55,988 bases of DNA, filler included, from Dirinaria sp. TL-2023a (GCA_051941275.1; 3 parts of 3 records of this genome joined end to end with filler, not necessarily neighbours in it); one strand, 5' to 3'; shown: positions 37,405 to 48,904, numbered from the whole stretch's first letter. The notes: generated by a model from the letters alone, not told the origin. Program-made: numbers and translations.

Positions 37405-38760
37405 AGTCGATCAAAAGATATCAAAATTTGAGAAAAAGAAAATGAAGTTCAATTTCTGTCCAAAACTATCTAATATGCTATATGAACTAGTTACATCTGA
37501 AAAAAAGAGCAGTTATCAGAGACGAAAGTCCCGAGTTCATAAACCCTGATTCTATAAATATAGTCCTGATCCTATGACTATAGTTCTTAGTATTATAATA
37601 CCCATAATATCATAACAACTTAGTCGTGAGCGTTTCTGTTTGAATCGATTATCTGATATTTAGATTTGCATCGTATCAGCAAGATCTCATGCATGATTTG
37701 AATTAATGTCGTTATATCAGAATCGATGCGATCAAAAAATTTGACTTTATAGTTTTTCTACATAGCATATTGCGTTTGATTAAATTCGCAGACAATAATC
37801 ATCTCATTATATATGATCGACTCGTTATGACATATGATTGTTTTGAGACATCTTTGCAGCTCACATTGCTGTTTTCAGAATCTCACACAATAGTGAAGTC
37901 ATTTGTTAAATAACTGAACACGAAACGCAATATCTGATACGAGCAATATAAAAACTATGATAGACAATTTTACATTTTCGAAAACTACAATAAAGATGAC
38001 TCTATTTATGCTTTCAATAATGCTTCAAAATCGAAATAACAACATCGTCAGCAACAAAATCGCGTTTTATCTTCTGCGCAACATTCGCAACAAATATATA
38101 ATTCGTTTCGCGCACTGTTTTCTATATCGCAACAATAACAACGAATTTATTTTGCAAATCAGTGTTACGAGCATGCACCTGGTATACTACCTGAGGCAAC
38201 ACCTCCCAGGGTTCTCAGGGGTAATGCGCTAACTCGATCGGGATACGCGACACCCGCACGCGTATATATCTGAGACCCCCATTGTATCTAGCTTCTCTTC
38301 TTCTTCTTTCCTTCCTTAGTGATAATATCCTTAGTTAATCATACCTGCATTGACCAGAGCTCTGCACCGGTTCTAACAATCAGATAAACTATGACGATAA
38401 CGATGACGACGAAGATATTGAAGATCTCTTTAATTATTGAGATGAGAAAGATTTATCATCTAAATCAAGAGATTTTTCGTCATTTACACACACTTCGCGT
38501 CGCTTTGACAACGCACATGATAACGACAATAACATCGATGCTAACTGAGTTATTTACGATTACAATTGCAGTCACTCGAGCTGTTCTCATAGATATAATG
38601 ACTAGAAGGCAATAGCATCGAGAGCGATATCTTTTTTCGTTTTTGTGAGCATTGTTATGAATTTTCACATGCTGCTTTCTATGCTTCTGAGACTAGCATT
38701 TTGATACTAGCTTTTATCTTTTACTTCTATGACTTTACATTATGCATTTGACGCATTCCG
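37405..38760 (+). mobile_element. Heavily mutated LTR-retrotransposon relic (probably the gag region of a Ty3/Gypsy element)
   Basis: AT-rich, with a stop-interrupted Q/N/D-rich frame (...QRIYFANQINYDDNDDDEDIED...) that continues once the nested LTR is removed. An LTR-end-like ATAACA lies at 37612-37617. The family is inferred. Confidence 0.6.
38163..38378. mobile_element. Solo LTR, 216 bp
   Basis: TGTTA...TAACA inverted termini, a perfect 5-bp target-site duplication ATCAG (38158-38162 and 38379-38383), an internal TATATA and higher GC than the flanks. Confidence 0.9.
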
Positions 38761-39140
38761 CAACAATGTCGATTTCACATGCTTTCGAGCCTATGACGAA
38801 ACCCTCTGAGACAGATATGATCTATTTAGCAGGCGATTACATTCAGATTTCCCAGGGCATCTCTATTATTATTAGCTTATCCTGATCATATACCTTATAG
38901 GAAATATCATTATATTTGGCTCACCATTTGGTCCATAACATCAACTCTGAGCGCATTGCATTTGAGAGTTCGAAACGAAAATTAGCAGAAAAATTACTAC
39001 AATTGTTACATCATATCAACCACTAATTAAGGTATAGGAGTATACTATATATAAAGTAACAAAAAATCTCTGAATAATTCAACCAGCTCATCTCAAAACT
39101 CAACTCATTTCACAAATAACTCAACCCACGATGGGCCGAG

Positions 39141-40124
39141 TTATCGAGTCTGAAATCCAGGCCAACCGGGCCAACCCACCCCATACCGCCGAGGCCATTT
39201 ATCATAGGCCTTGTCCGACATTCTATGAGTAGACCAAATTTTCCGCATTCGCTCTTTCTGGTTCGGTGTGAACTCAGTACGACAATGATCTTTGGTATAA
39301 TCCATGAAGTTATGCACGCTGTCTAATCCAGGGCGATTTGGACAGCTGTCGTAGGTGACGTGAGGATCGCAATCATGATTCGGCTTCGATTGCACCGGAG
39401 TGTCAGGTATTTTATCTGGATCACCATCGCATGAGTTTCCATCACCGAAGACGTGTAGCAGCCCTAGCCAATGGCCAATCTCATGAGTCAATGTATGGCC
39501 TTGATTGTAGCCCCTGAGAGGATCGCCATGCTTGTGTTCAAGGGGATGACCACCAGGCATTGTGTTGACATCCACTTTGACTCCGTCGGTGAAGAAGAAG
39601 TCGGAGCCCATTGGAGTTGAGGGATCCCATTGTTGAGGGCCTTCCGTAGTAGTGCCCATTGTACCGACTTTACCAGACTCTTTGAAAAGACCGGAAAGAA
39701 AGTAAACGTTGAGAGTGCCATAATCGCCTTGGCGGAGTCTAGTCTTCCACTCAAGGTCATGCTTTTCGTGGCCCCTTGACCAGCCTTCGTTTTTCGTTTT
39801 ATGGACACCTTCAAGAACGAACTCGATGTTTGCTGAATCGTAATCGAGGTTGATTTGTTCCAATTGCTTCTTATGCCATTTGTGAAAATCCTCCACGGAA
39901 CGGTCCTTCGAGTAGATCAGATGGAAATGCGTCTTAATGACGATTTTCTGGTCCGAAGGAATTGAAGCTTCCCTGATCATCAAGTTTTGCTTGATTAGGT
40001 CTTCTTCTGTGGGGCCCCGGAATCCGCAGTAGAGGGGAGTAGGTCCATCGGTAACGCCACCGAGCACAGAGTAGGCCAAAGCGCCGCTGGCTGCAAATGC
40101 TGCGAAGAAAATAGAGAGACGCAT
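39141..40124 (-). CDS. Secreted M43 (pappalysin/ulilysin-like, MEP1-type) zinc metalloprotease
   Basis: Signal peptide MRLSIFFAAFAASGALA, LRQGDYGTLNVYF, zinc motif HEIGHWLGLLH, DTP and Met-turn HNFMDY. Intronless. Confidence 0.92.
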   Translation of the reverse strand: MRLSIFFAAFAASGALAYSVLGGVTDGPTPLYCGFRGPTEEDLIKQNLMIREASIPSDQKIVIKTHFHLIYSKDRSVEDFHKWHKKQLEQINLDYDSANIEFVLEGVHKTKNEGWSRGHEKHDLEWKTRLRQGDYGTLNVYFLSGLFKESGKVGTMGTTTEGPQQWDPSTPMGSDFFFTDGVKVDVNTMPGGHPLEHKHGDPLRGYNQGHTLTHEIGHWLGLLHVFGDGNSCDGDPDKIPDTPVQSKPNHDCDPHVTYDSCPNRPGLDSVHNFMDYTKDHCRTEFTPNQKERMRKIWSTHRMSDKAYDKWPRRYGVGWPGWPGFQTR

Positions 40125-40140
40125 CTTGAGTATCGAATCG

Positions 40141-40214
40141 TATCTCGAGATTTAAATGCTAGAGAGAATGTAGAAGAGAATAGTAGTAAAAGAATTATTA
40201 TCTCGAGATTTAAA
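40141..40214. repeat. 16-bp direct repeat TATCTCGAGATTTAAA upstream of the M43 gene
   Basis: Copies at 40141-40156 and 40199-40214. A minus-strand TATAAAAG lies at about 40325-40332. Confidence 0.8.
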
Positions 40215-42006
40215 GTTAAGAGATGATGTCGATAATGTGCATGTAGTGGAAGGATTGTGTCTCGAAGTCAACTTTTTTTAAGTTGGATGATAGTAGAGAA
40301 AAATTAGAAGTGTCGTACCCCACCCTTTTATAGATGCTATTCACTATCGGCGGAGGCAAAAAATAAAATGCTGCCTGAAACGATCTCTGCCTCGACTCGG
40401 TACCGAGGCCGCACAAGTTGAGAAATTTCTGCACGGGTTGAGGAATGGAAGCCAAGCAACGGTGGACTATGAAACCTGTAAAACCGCACCCTCAACACCC
40501 CCAACAACATTTCTTAGATAGGTTGACCAAAACGGTCTAGCTTCTAGACTAGTCACCTCAACACCACTAAGGGTAAATAGTGCCCACAAATGCTTTTCCA
40601 TAGACTTTAGACAATACATGCAACATACACATACATAGGTACAATTGACTTGTAGGCCTACTAAATCTGACAAAACCCTTTTTCGCTAGTACATGGAAGT
40701 ATCTCTTCTGATGCCATACTATGTGGTTTGATTAGGAAGCTTCGACTTTTTCGTAGCATAGTAAACTTTCGTTATTAAAATTCGATATTCTAAGAACAAT
40801 GGCTCCCAATAAACAGGGTCACTCGGATACTTCGAATAAAGAAAAGCCTTAAGATTGTGCTGGATTCGCGAGAGGTGATACATTTGTACTTATCTGAACT
40901 CATCCAGTGACGCATTGATCCATATTTGGGACTACTACTTTCGATACTCTTGCTATTACCCAAACAGCTTGTACGAGTTCCTGAATTGATGCAGGCTCTT
41001 CTTTGTTAGTCCATACCATGGTCGCCTTGTTCATTGATTTCTCGTGCTTCAGGGCATCCATATTCGATGTCGAGATGAGACTGACCCGCGCGAAACACCA
41101 AGATTGTAATGCGAGGAAGGCAACGACGGCGCATTTAAGGCTTAAAACTTTGTTCAAGTAAAAGACAAATCTTTTCTAGAGAAACTCGCTATAATTCGAT
41201 GAAAATAATCATAAATGAACAAATATGGCTCCGAAGAGAATCGTCTTGTAGATATGTCTTTGTCATGACCTATCAGGATTTCAACAGGATTATTACTCCT
41301 TATAACGCGGTTCTTCATAAAAAGATGGTTTACTGTATGCCACGTCCTGACAGAGTGCTTGGTCAAGAAGACATTCAAGGAATCCCCCAAACTATGACTT
41401 CCTGTACAACCATATCTTAGCAGAGACTCAGTGGGCCATTAGATGAAATTGGCACGGTATCTTAAGAACATCAGTATCTACGCTCTGTTAGTAGTGTCAA
41501 TACGGCGTCGATGATATACCAATACGACTAATCAGGTGAAGAGGTTGATGTTCTAGAGATACCGGGTTTACTTGGTTTCATGACCGAGTAAATTTCCGCT
41601 AAGATAGCAGGACATACCAACGAAATGACCATAGACCGTTCCACCGATGAAGACCCCTTGTCGAATAGACAGTTTGTGGAAGTTGACTAGGAATCATGTG
41701 GGAAACAGTAGTTCCAAAGCAGTAATAAATGTGTCAAGGAACGAAGATCTCTTGTTGCTGGGCAATGGGACAGTTGTGCGATAAGCTAGGCTCTCTGGGT
41801 TTTCATGTTCCGTAGAGATTCTGCTAAGGTGATGAAGATTGAGTACTGCGATGTTCGGAGAGCGAAACTCAGGATGAGATATACCTAGTAATGATTGACC
41901 TGAACCCCGTTCTAGAGCCGTTTCCAGGAGTAGTACCTTCAGTCCAATCTTCCAAGTATTGCATTTGCCGTTGGCTGCCCTCTACGATGCAAGACCTGCC
42001 TTCCCA

Positions 42007-42663
42007 TTACAAGATTTGACGGACCTTCCTCGTTGTGATACTAACCAGATACGTGCTCCAGCTGGGGTCCAGGAGAGTAAAAGCATATCCTAGAGGATAG
42101 TTCGAGCTCTGCAGAAGCTGTACATGGTAAATGACTTGCTTGCGACCTGTATTTTTGAGTATCGCAGCTGCCTCCTCTACGTTCATGAGTGCTTGAACCT
42201 GTGTCCACGCGACTTCGTGCAAAGCTGCAAGTTGTTTCGGGTCCATACCGAAAAAGTCCGGTCCTATCCACTGTGCTAGCTGCGACATGCTTCTTGAGTA
42301 TGTGAAGGCATTTGACTCTCCCTTTGGATGCGCTCCTCCAGCCTCGAAAAGCGGGGTGACGAATATGAAGTCGGCTATGTCGCTTGAGGGCTGCCTTGTC
42401 AAGGTATTGAACGATATCATCTTAAGTTTGGCCTGGTTCAAGGAAATTTCAGAAGTTAATCGCAAAGTTCGAAGAAGACCTGTGATCTCGCTTGAGTCGA
42501 ATTGGTTCGAACTATTAAGAGCAGAAGCGTTGAGAGGAAGGGACGGGCTCGACAGGTTTGGTGTGAGCGGAAGTGAGGATGGTACATTCAAAGAAGATGT
42601 TAGAAAGATGAAGGAATTTATGATGATAGTGACAGTAAAGAATAGCTTGTGATCATAATCCAT
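42007..42663 (-). CDS. Putative secreted protein of unknown function, 218 aa
   Basis: Single ORF with a hydrophobic N-terminus, an S/P/L/N-rich linker with NAS/NSS sequons and a globular C-terminal part. Confidence 0.65.
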   Translation of the reverse strand: MDYDHKLFFTVTIIINSFIFLTSSLNVPSSLPLTPNLSSPSLPLNASALNSSNQFDSSEITGLLRTLRLTSEISLNQAKLKMISFNTLTRQPSSDIADFIFVTPLFEAGGAHPKGESNAFTYSRSMSQLAQWIGPDFFGMDPKQLAALHEVAWTQVQALMNVEEAAAILKNTGRKQVIYHVQLLQSSNYPLGYAFTLLDPSWSTYLVSITTRKVRQIL

Positions 42664-44451
42664 TGCAATCTACTTCAGGGAAAGTCAACGAAGGAGATTC
42701 TAGAATTGTGGACATTCTGGTGCTAGTTAGAGTCATTGGGATAGATTGGATAAGAGCTGAGAACTTTATAGACCTACTGCCAAATTATTACTTGCATGTG
42801 AAGAGCAAGGATCCCATGGACTGTAGGACGTGCTGTTTCTTCACTCCGCTAGTGTAAGGATGTGCACGTCAACAAGATCTGCACGCATAACAGCGGCCGG
42901 AGGCATCTCCAATCTGTAAAGATCCGGAGCTGTCTCCGTTCTGCGAACGAGTCATAATTTGGTCATGGAAGCCTTTGGAGCGTTTGAACAGCTCGCCCTC
43001 TGGCCGTTTGACAGCCTGTCCCTTGGCGATACGCGCGAGAACACGCTTGATTCTCTGTCCTCGTATCAGTGATGTTCCATAGCAGCTGCTAATGTCAAAG
43101 CGCCAATCATGGCGTTGGGTCAAGTCTCAAGGCCGATACTGTGCCAAGCACAACTGATAAGGTTGTGTATGTGGAGCGGCTGCTCTGCGCTCTTGCGCAC
43201 CGAGCTCTGCCGGTCATCCCAGATCTGTTTCAAGTTCTGCTGCTTAGAAGGATAGCTCGGGTAGGTATCCCGTAAAATGGAGGCATCGGAGAAAAGCCTG
43301 TTTTTGGTGATCCGACGGCCGAATATCTATCGCGATGACAACGTGCCAGCGGAACATTTTTCTCTGAGCTCTGATCTTGCCGAAGCGCGGAATCACCGTT
43401 TCCGAAGCTCCTGAGACGCAGAGACGGCTTGCGACGGCCTTCCATCCAGGAAAGTCAACACACAATGGCAATTGCACACAGGAGATGACATCCGGGACGG
43501 GATAGCTGTGAAATATGTCAATGATATACGCACACGATGGCAATTATTGCACCGAAGGCGACGTCCAGGATGACAATGCCGTATGCACGCTCATATGCGC
43601 AGCAATACCTCAGCATCGATAACACACATAAAATGGCATGAATGACCCCGATGCCCGGGCTTAGACACTGCCCTCTAGCCAACCTAGGCAGCATCGGGAT
43701 CGCGAAATCATCATCAGAATACACGCGGTAAGAACGGGAATTTGGAGCTTCGCATAGGGGCTTTGATTCCATTGGGAAAGAACATCGTTGAGAAGTAGGA
43801 GTCTTTTGCTATCAAGGTAGTGAGTGATTCGCTGTGTTGTGAAAATTCGATTTTGCGATAGAAGATGTAGTATGTGTGAACGCAGGAGTTCTGGAACTAA
43901 AAAGGTCAGTAATAGATAAGTGGAGACAATAATACCACATCTTCGAATACTCTGCTTAAATTTTGACGCCCTCAAGTCCATCAGAGATCAGAGATATCGA
44001 CATTGGTAGCCAGCCCTGATTAAACCCTGAGGTCAGCACTGCCACTACCGCTGTCGGAATTAAGGTAACTGACCATAATTCCATCGACTACCTCACTACC
44101 TACATATGGTAGAAACGCGAACTCTTCTCAATGGCTCCAATAGTGCTGGCAAAAATGACTGGAGCGTCAAAAAAAAGTATACATGCAACCAACATTTCCT
44201 ACATCCGCCCGCCAAGGCATACGAGGTACGTATCCAAAGTAGGTGACGTTGGGCAAAGACATTCATCATAGCTTGATCATTGTTCGAACATTTTCAGGCG
44301 TATCTATCGATATCTATCGAAAGAAACTCATTCCTCCAGGGGCACTCCTTACTGAAGTCGGTACTATATGCTATGCATTGTCTGGAGCGGTCACTGATAC
44401 GCTTCGATTGACTTCCTTTAGGCCAGATTGTACATACCACTCCACGCATAA

Positions 44452-47424
44452 TTACACTAGAAATGCTTTACTACCCTCGACAAGGCCATCACCGATTTTG
44501 CTCACAGCCACCCAATTTGGTGCAAAATGCCTGATCTCGTCGAGGGCAGGGATGGCGCCGGTTTTGTTCTCATCACTCCACAGACAGACCACTCTCCCGT
44601 CCAGTCCGAGGCCCTTGCCTCCTTGAGGCTGCCACTTGACTCGAACGGTCCACTCTTTCTCCCAAGTCCGGCTCCACAATCGGACTTCTTTGCTCCCTGA
44701 CTCCGGGACTCGCTGGAAGCGCTGATCAGCGCCCGCACCCTCGACGTGGAAGTCGGAGATAGGCTGATTGAACTCGATCTTGCAAGCGCGAGAATCCCGA
44801 CCCCAGAGCCGGAAACGGGCCTCTGTCGAGTTAGGTGTGCGGAAAGTGTGGAATGTTAGCCAGTCCGAGTAGGCGAAATGCGGGGGGATCCCAGGACTGG
44901 GTTGCTTGACTACCGCTGGCGGAAGGCCTTCCCATGCACATTCTGTCAGACCTTTTCGCACTGAGCTAGGGGTACATTGGGGCTTCTGCCCCGCCACACT
45001 GGGGAGACTATTGATTGCTTCGGCTAGGTACGGATCACCGACGCCCGTTAACAAGACTTGATTCATGCCAGTATCTAGATTCACTTTCTGAATAAAGAAG
45101 AGCTTCAGACGGTTGTTGGTCGAGAATGGAAAGGCGACCAAATTGTAGATAAGCGTACCGATGAACACTAGGAGGAGGAATACTGGGATGTGGTAGGTGA
45201 AGCGGTGCAGATACGGTCCGATAGGCACAAGAATTAGGATTGAGAATACGGCGGTGGCTAGGTAGATAGGTAGAGGAGGATTGCCATCGGCCAAGGTCTG
45301 GTGAGTGCCAGTCACGACCAATAACCCAACCTGACCCACCAGTATGATGGGAATGACACTGAGAAGAAGAAACTGTAAAAGCCAGGTCCAAGTAGGTAGA
45401 GACCAGCTCCAGGCTTGTTCAGAGCCGTAGACTCTTTGCTGTTTCTCTTGGAGTGGATCATTGCCCCTCTCCTGGTTGTTGGTGTGTGGAGAGGCGTGAC
45501 GTGCGAATGTTGCCCGCTTTGAGCCATGCAGTAACGAGGTTGATTCATTGGCATTTTGGTCTTCTTCGTCAACTATGTCTGGCGCACTTTGCGACTGTTC
45601 GCCGACAGTGTTAGACGCGTTCTCACGAGTGCTTGAACTACTCCTTGGGCGTGAACCTGGAGTTTCGCCATATTCATGGATCGCGAAGTGGTCTGCATAT
45701 TCTGATCTGCGTTGAAGGCCGAAAAGCTCTAGAAATGACATTGATGTCGCCAGAAGGACTGCAGCGAAATAGACCATCAAGAAATAGTCGCCCGCGATCT
45801 TGAGCCGTTGCTCGTACACCGTGACGATCACTAGTACGACCCAAAGGGCAACAAACGTCCATAGGGTCGCGTAGGCTCGGTGCAGAGCAGTTGGTCTTGC
45901 AAAATCAACGGCTCTGCTGAGGACCCAAGCCACAAAGACCCAGGCGGAGAACATCATACTCCAGACTGCGTAGGCGCTACTATAGGTAATGTAGGGGTTC
46001 ACCCTTCGAACGACAAAGGCGAGTGCAATAGTCGCTGCAGAAGCGGCTATAAAGATAATGGGGTATCTAGCGATGCCTCGTAAGCCCTGTAATGGCACAG
46101 AATCATCGCCTTCTGGATGATGATGTTGTTTTGTAGAGCTGAACAGATAGAGTTTATCCACCCTTCCGAGGATTGCTCCTAGGAGTAGCAGCATTATTGG
46201 TCCAACAACCAATAAAGTGATCGACAACGCAAAAAGAGTACGAAGCTCAAAGACAGCAAACGTTTGCCCATATAAGTCAAACCAGACTCCTGTGCTCCCT
46301 TTTCCGCTGGGCACTTTGCCCTTGCCGGAGGACTTGCCATCGAAGAGCGAGCTTTGATCTGATGAGAGTGACTCCACGGTAGCTAGCGAAGCCGAAAGCA
46401 TATGCCATAGCGAGTTGAGCCCTGTGTGCCTCGTATCATCTTGGTCGGTGTGATAACGTGCTCTCGGATTGAAGAAAGCTACGTCAAGACCCCGCATACC
46501 CAAGAGCTCGTTAAACACAATGTAATCCGTTTGAGATCTGATAGCACCTCGCTTGAAAGCATCTCCGCTTCCACAATTGCCCAGAGGGTGCTTTGTCCCT
46601 TCGTATGCTTTGGTGACTTCAGTATCTGTACTCCGAAATAGAGCTGCTCGACCACCTGCTCCAGCACCTTCGAGGTTGAGGAAGGTGTGCGGAAGGCGGG
46701 ATATGGGATGCTGACTGAAAGCTCGAGCACCATTGAGATAGTCCTCTTCGCCGTTGTTTAGAAGTGCTACTATCCCGCGTTTTGGGGCTTTGCCCTTGGA
46801 GGTGAAATATTTGATCAATTGGAGCACTGTAACGACACCGACTCCATCGTCGGTGGCCCCGAACCCCGTAGATACACTGTCATAGTGCGCATTGACCAGC
46901 ACACCGCCTTTAGAGGGGGTTCTGTCCGTTAGCCACCAGTCGCCCCTTTCGTCCTCTGATCCACCACGGATATATACAATTATGTTAGTTCCCTCAAAGT
47001 ACACGCTCCAGCCCGGTTTCGAAGCGTCCGAGGGTAAGGAAAAGGTTACATTTGAAATAGTATCAGAGAATACAACGGTAGGTGGTTCTGCGGTGGCAGA
47101 CTCCACCCTATGTTCGCTTTCTGCACCAACAGTTGGCAACACACCGTTATTCTGTAGAATCGCCTCAATGCGACTCAGCAGCCAGTCTCGAACGCGGTCG
47201 TTCCGACGGCTGTTGTACGGATGATAGGATTGGCTCAATATGCGCAGGTCCAGCCATGCCTCGGTCAAATTGATCCCGTTCACAGGCGTTGGGCTCTTGG
47301 GTGCTGCGGGAACAGTCAAGTGTACAATCAGCGACGACACTACCAAAGCAATATACACGAAGGAAGTAATGGCTGTCACAGGGATCGGCCGAAAAGCGAG
47401 TGGGTTGCGAAGACGAAGCTTCAT
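44452..47424 (-). CDS. PFF1: Vacuolar membrane M28 metallopeptidase Pff1
   Basis: HPYNSRRND, LVNAHYDSVSTGFGATDDGVG, NNGEEDYLNGA, FLNLEGAGAGGRA and RARYHTDQD, followed by a multi-pass membrane region. First ATG at 47424. Confidence 0.93.
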   Translation of the reverse strand: MKLRLRNPLAFRPIPVTAITSFVYIALVVSSLIVHLTVPAAPKSPTPVNGINLTEAWLDLRILSQSYHPYNSRRNDRVRDWLLSRIEAILQNNGVLPTVGAESEHRVESATAEPPTVVFSDTISNVTFSLPSDASKPGWSVYFEGTNIIVYIRGGSEDERGDWWLTDRTPSKGGVLVNAHYDSVSTGFGATDDGVGVVTVLQLIKYFTSKGKAPKRGIVALLNNGEEDYLNGARAFSQHPISRLPHTFLNLEGAGAGGRAALFRSTDTEVTKAYEGTKHPLGNCGSGDAFKRGAIRSQTDYIVFNELLGMRGLDVAFFNPRARYHTDQDDTRHTGLNSLWHMLSASLATVESLSSDQSSLFDGKSSGKGKVPSGKGSTGVWFDLYGQTFAVFELRTLFALSITLLVVGPIMLLLLGAILGRVDKLYLFSSTKQHHHPEGDDSVPLQGLRGIARYPIIFIAASAATIALAFVVRRVNPYITYSSAYAVWSMMFSAWVFVAWVLSRAVDFARPTALHRAYATLWTFVALWVVLVIVTVYEQRLKIAGDYFLMVYFAAVLLATSMSFLELFGLQRRSEYADHFAIHEYGETPGSRPRSSSSTRENASNTVGEQSQSAPDIVDEEDQNANESTSLLHGSKRATFARHASPHTNNQERGNDPLQEKQQRVYGSEQAWSWSLPTWTWLLQFLLLSVIPIILVGQVGLLVVTGTHQTLADGNPPLPIYLATAVFSILILVPIGPYLHRFTYHIPVFLLLVFIGTLIYNLVAFPFSTNNRLKLFFIQKVNLDTGMNQVLLTGVGDPYLAEAINSLPSVAGQKPQCTPSSVRKGLTECAWEGLPPAVVKQPSPGIPPHFAYSDWLTFHTFRTPNSTEARFRLWGRDSRACKIEFNQPISDFHVEGAGADQRFQRVPESGSKEVRLWSRTWEKEWTVRVKWQPQGGKGLGLDGRVVCLWSDENKTGAIPALDEIRHFAPNWVAVSKIGDGLVEGSKAFLV

Positions 47425-47964
47425 CTTCAAAATAGACAACAGAAACAACAACGTTCGCTTGCACAGCCGCGACGATTTATTTAGAATTTGATCTCACGTG
47501 TAGCATCCATTATTGAATCTCAAAGTAGGGGAAATAGATAAATCCCTTACTATTCTGGCGAGAAGCTCAACGTCTGTCATGGCAGAGCAATAATAATGAC
47601 GAATCGTGCTTCGATCTCTGCAGCATTTAGTGAAAGCCGTCGGTAAGGCTTGCAGTCGGTAAGGCTTGCCGTTCATGCTGTAGTAGGTGGCTTGGCGCCT
47701 TGGCAGTTAATCAATCATCGTCCACCTCAGTCAAGGAGTATATTCCGATTGAATTTTTACATAAGATTGTTCCAGGAGGAAAAACTGCCTGCTTATACTG
47801 TCCGGTATTCGTACTGCTCGAAATATGCCGTGTCTCATTGCGCAAGGCCACAAGACTACGACGATATTTACTGCTACTGTGAAGTAGCAGCGCTCAGGAG
47901 GTATTGACTACCGTCTCGTTGTCTTGGAGCCGTGGATGCTATACTTCAACGATCGTCACCAGGC

Positions 47965-48531
47965 ATGGGAGTTTACGAGACCATGGAAACGAGCAGACTC
48001 CCAGCGCTTGCGGAACAACCTTTGCAACATCCTGGATGCTGTGCTACGCTAAGTACCACACTCATCGAGACTCTCTGCCGAATTTTGCCTTCAATTCCAT
48101 GTTTGACCTTATCAGTTGGCTGTGGCACAGGGTTGTTGGAAGCTTTGCTTCTTTCAAATCATGGCAAGAGGTTGAATTTGCAGGCGGTGGAAGTTCGTCA
48201 GGATCTAACCCGGTATTTGCCCAAAGAAAATATGCAAATAGTGAAGGGAACTTGGGATTTATGCGCTCTAGCTAAAGAAGCCTCCGCTTGGCTTTGGGTT
48301 TATCCTCGAGAAGCCGCACTTGTCCAAGTGTATGTGGATAGATATGGCTCCGATACCGTCACCCTTGTATTATGGCTTGGACCGAGGTCGGACCTGGCAG
48401 AGTACGAAGCCATTTTCGAGGGCGGCTGGGAAAAACAGATCTGTGAGCACTGCGGTATTAGGCCCTACGAAGCTCTGGTGTCATGGTATCGGCGCAACGT
48501 GACATCTTGTGAGGATCAGGCTACATGTTAG
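47965..48531 (+). CDS. Class I SAM-dependent methyltransferase-like protein
   Basis: Motif I LSVGCGTGLLEALL, acidic residue at the end of beta-2 (QAVEV), WVYPR and WLGPRSD. Confidence 0.7.
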   Translation: MGVYETMETSRLPALAEQPLQHPGCCATLSTTLIETLCRILPSIPCLTLSVGCGTGLLEALLLSNHGKRLNLQAVEVRQDLTRYLPKENMQIVKGTWDLCALAKEASAWLWVYPREAALVQVYVDRYGSDTVTLVLWLGPRSDLAEYEAIFEGGWEKQICEHCGIRPYEALVSWYRRNVTSCEDQATC

Positions 48532-48904
48532 CATGGATAGCTATCACTTGCTTAAAGTATCAACATGTGTTTGATGTAGGGAAGGGATTCGAAGGAAATT
48601 GGTAGGATGAGAAAGCGCTCTCTCTGTCTGAAGAGTACCACATCGTGAATATGAGATGAATACCTAAGTAAGGTACAGTAGCACGGAGGTAAGAGTCTTG
48701 GCGAAAGCTAGGTCCTCGGGTAAAACCCGGCCCACTTATTTGGCTAGCCTACTTTTAGCCGAAGGCCGCACAATTGAGGTGATCCAGTGGCCGAACACTC
48801 AAAGAGAAATTCCTCGCCAACATCATCAATTTAAACGCCTGGCCACAGTTGAACATTATCAGTCCTCGAAGGATTGCCTCCAGTACACGGAGGTATTCCC
48901 CACG

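Noticed and set aside
37957..38668. Short ORFs of 62-91 aa as genes
   Set aside because: They lie in the hypermutated TE relic and solo LTR and are chance frames.
40800..41900. Gene or pseudogene between the M43 and secreted-protein genes
   Set aside because: Fragmentary ORFs with no recognisable similarity; cannot be supported without a search.
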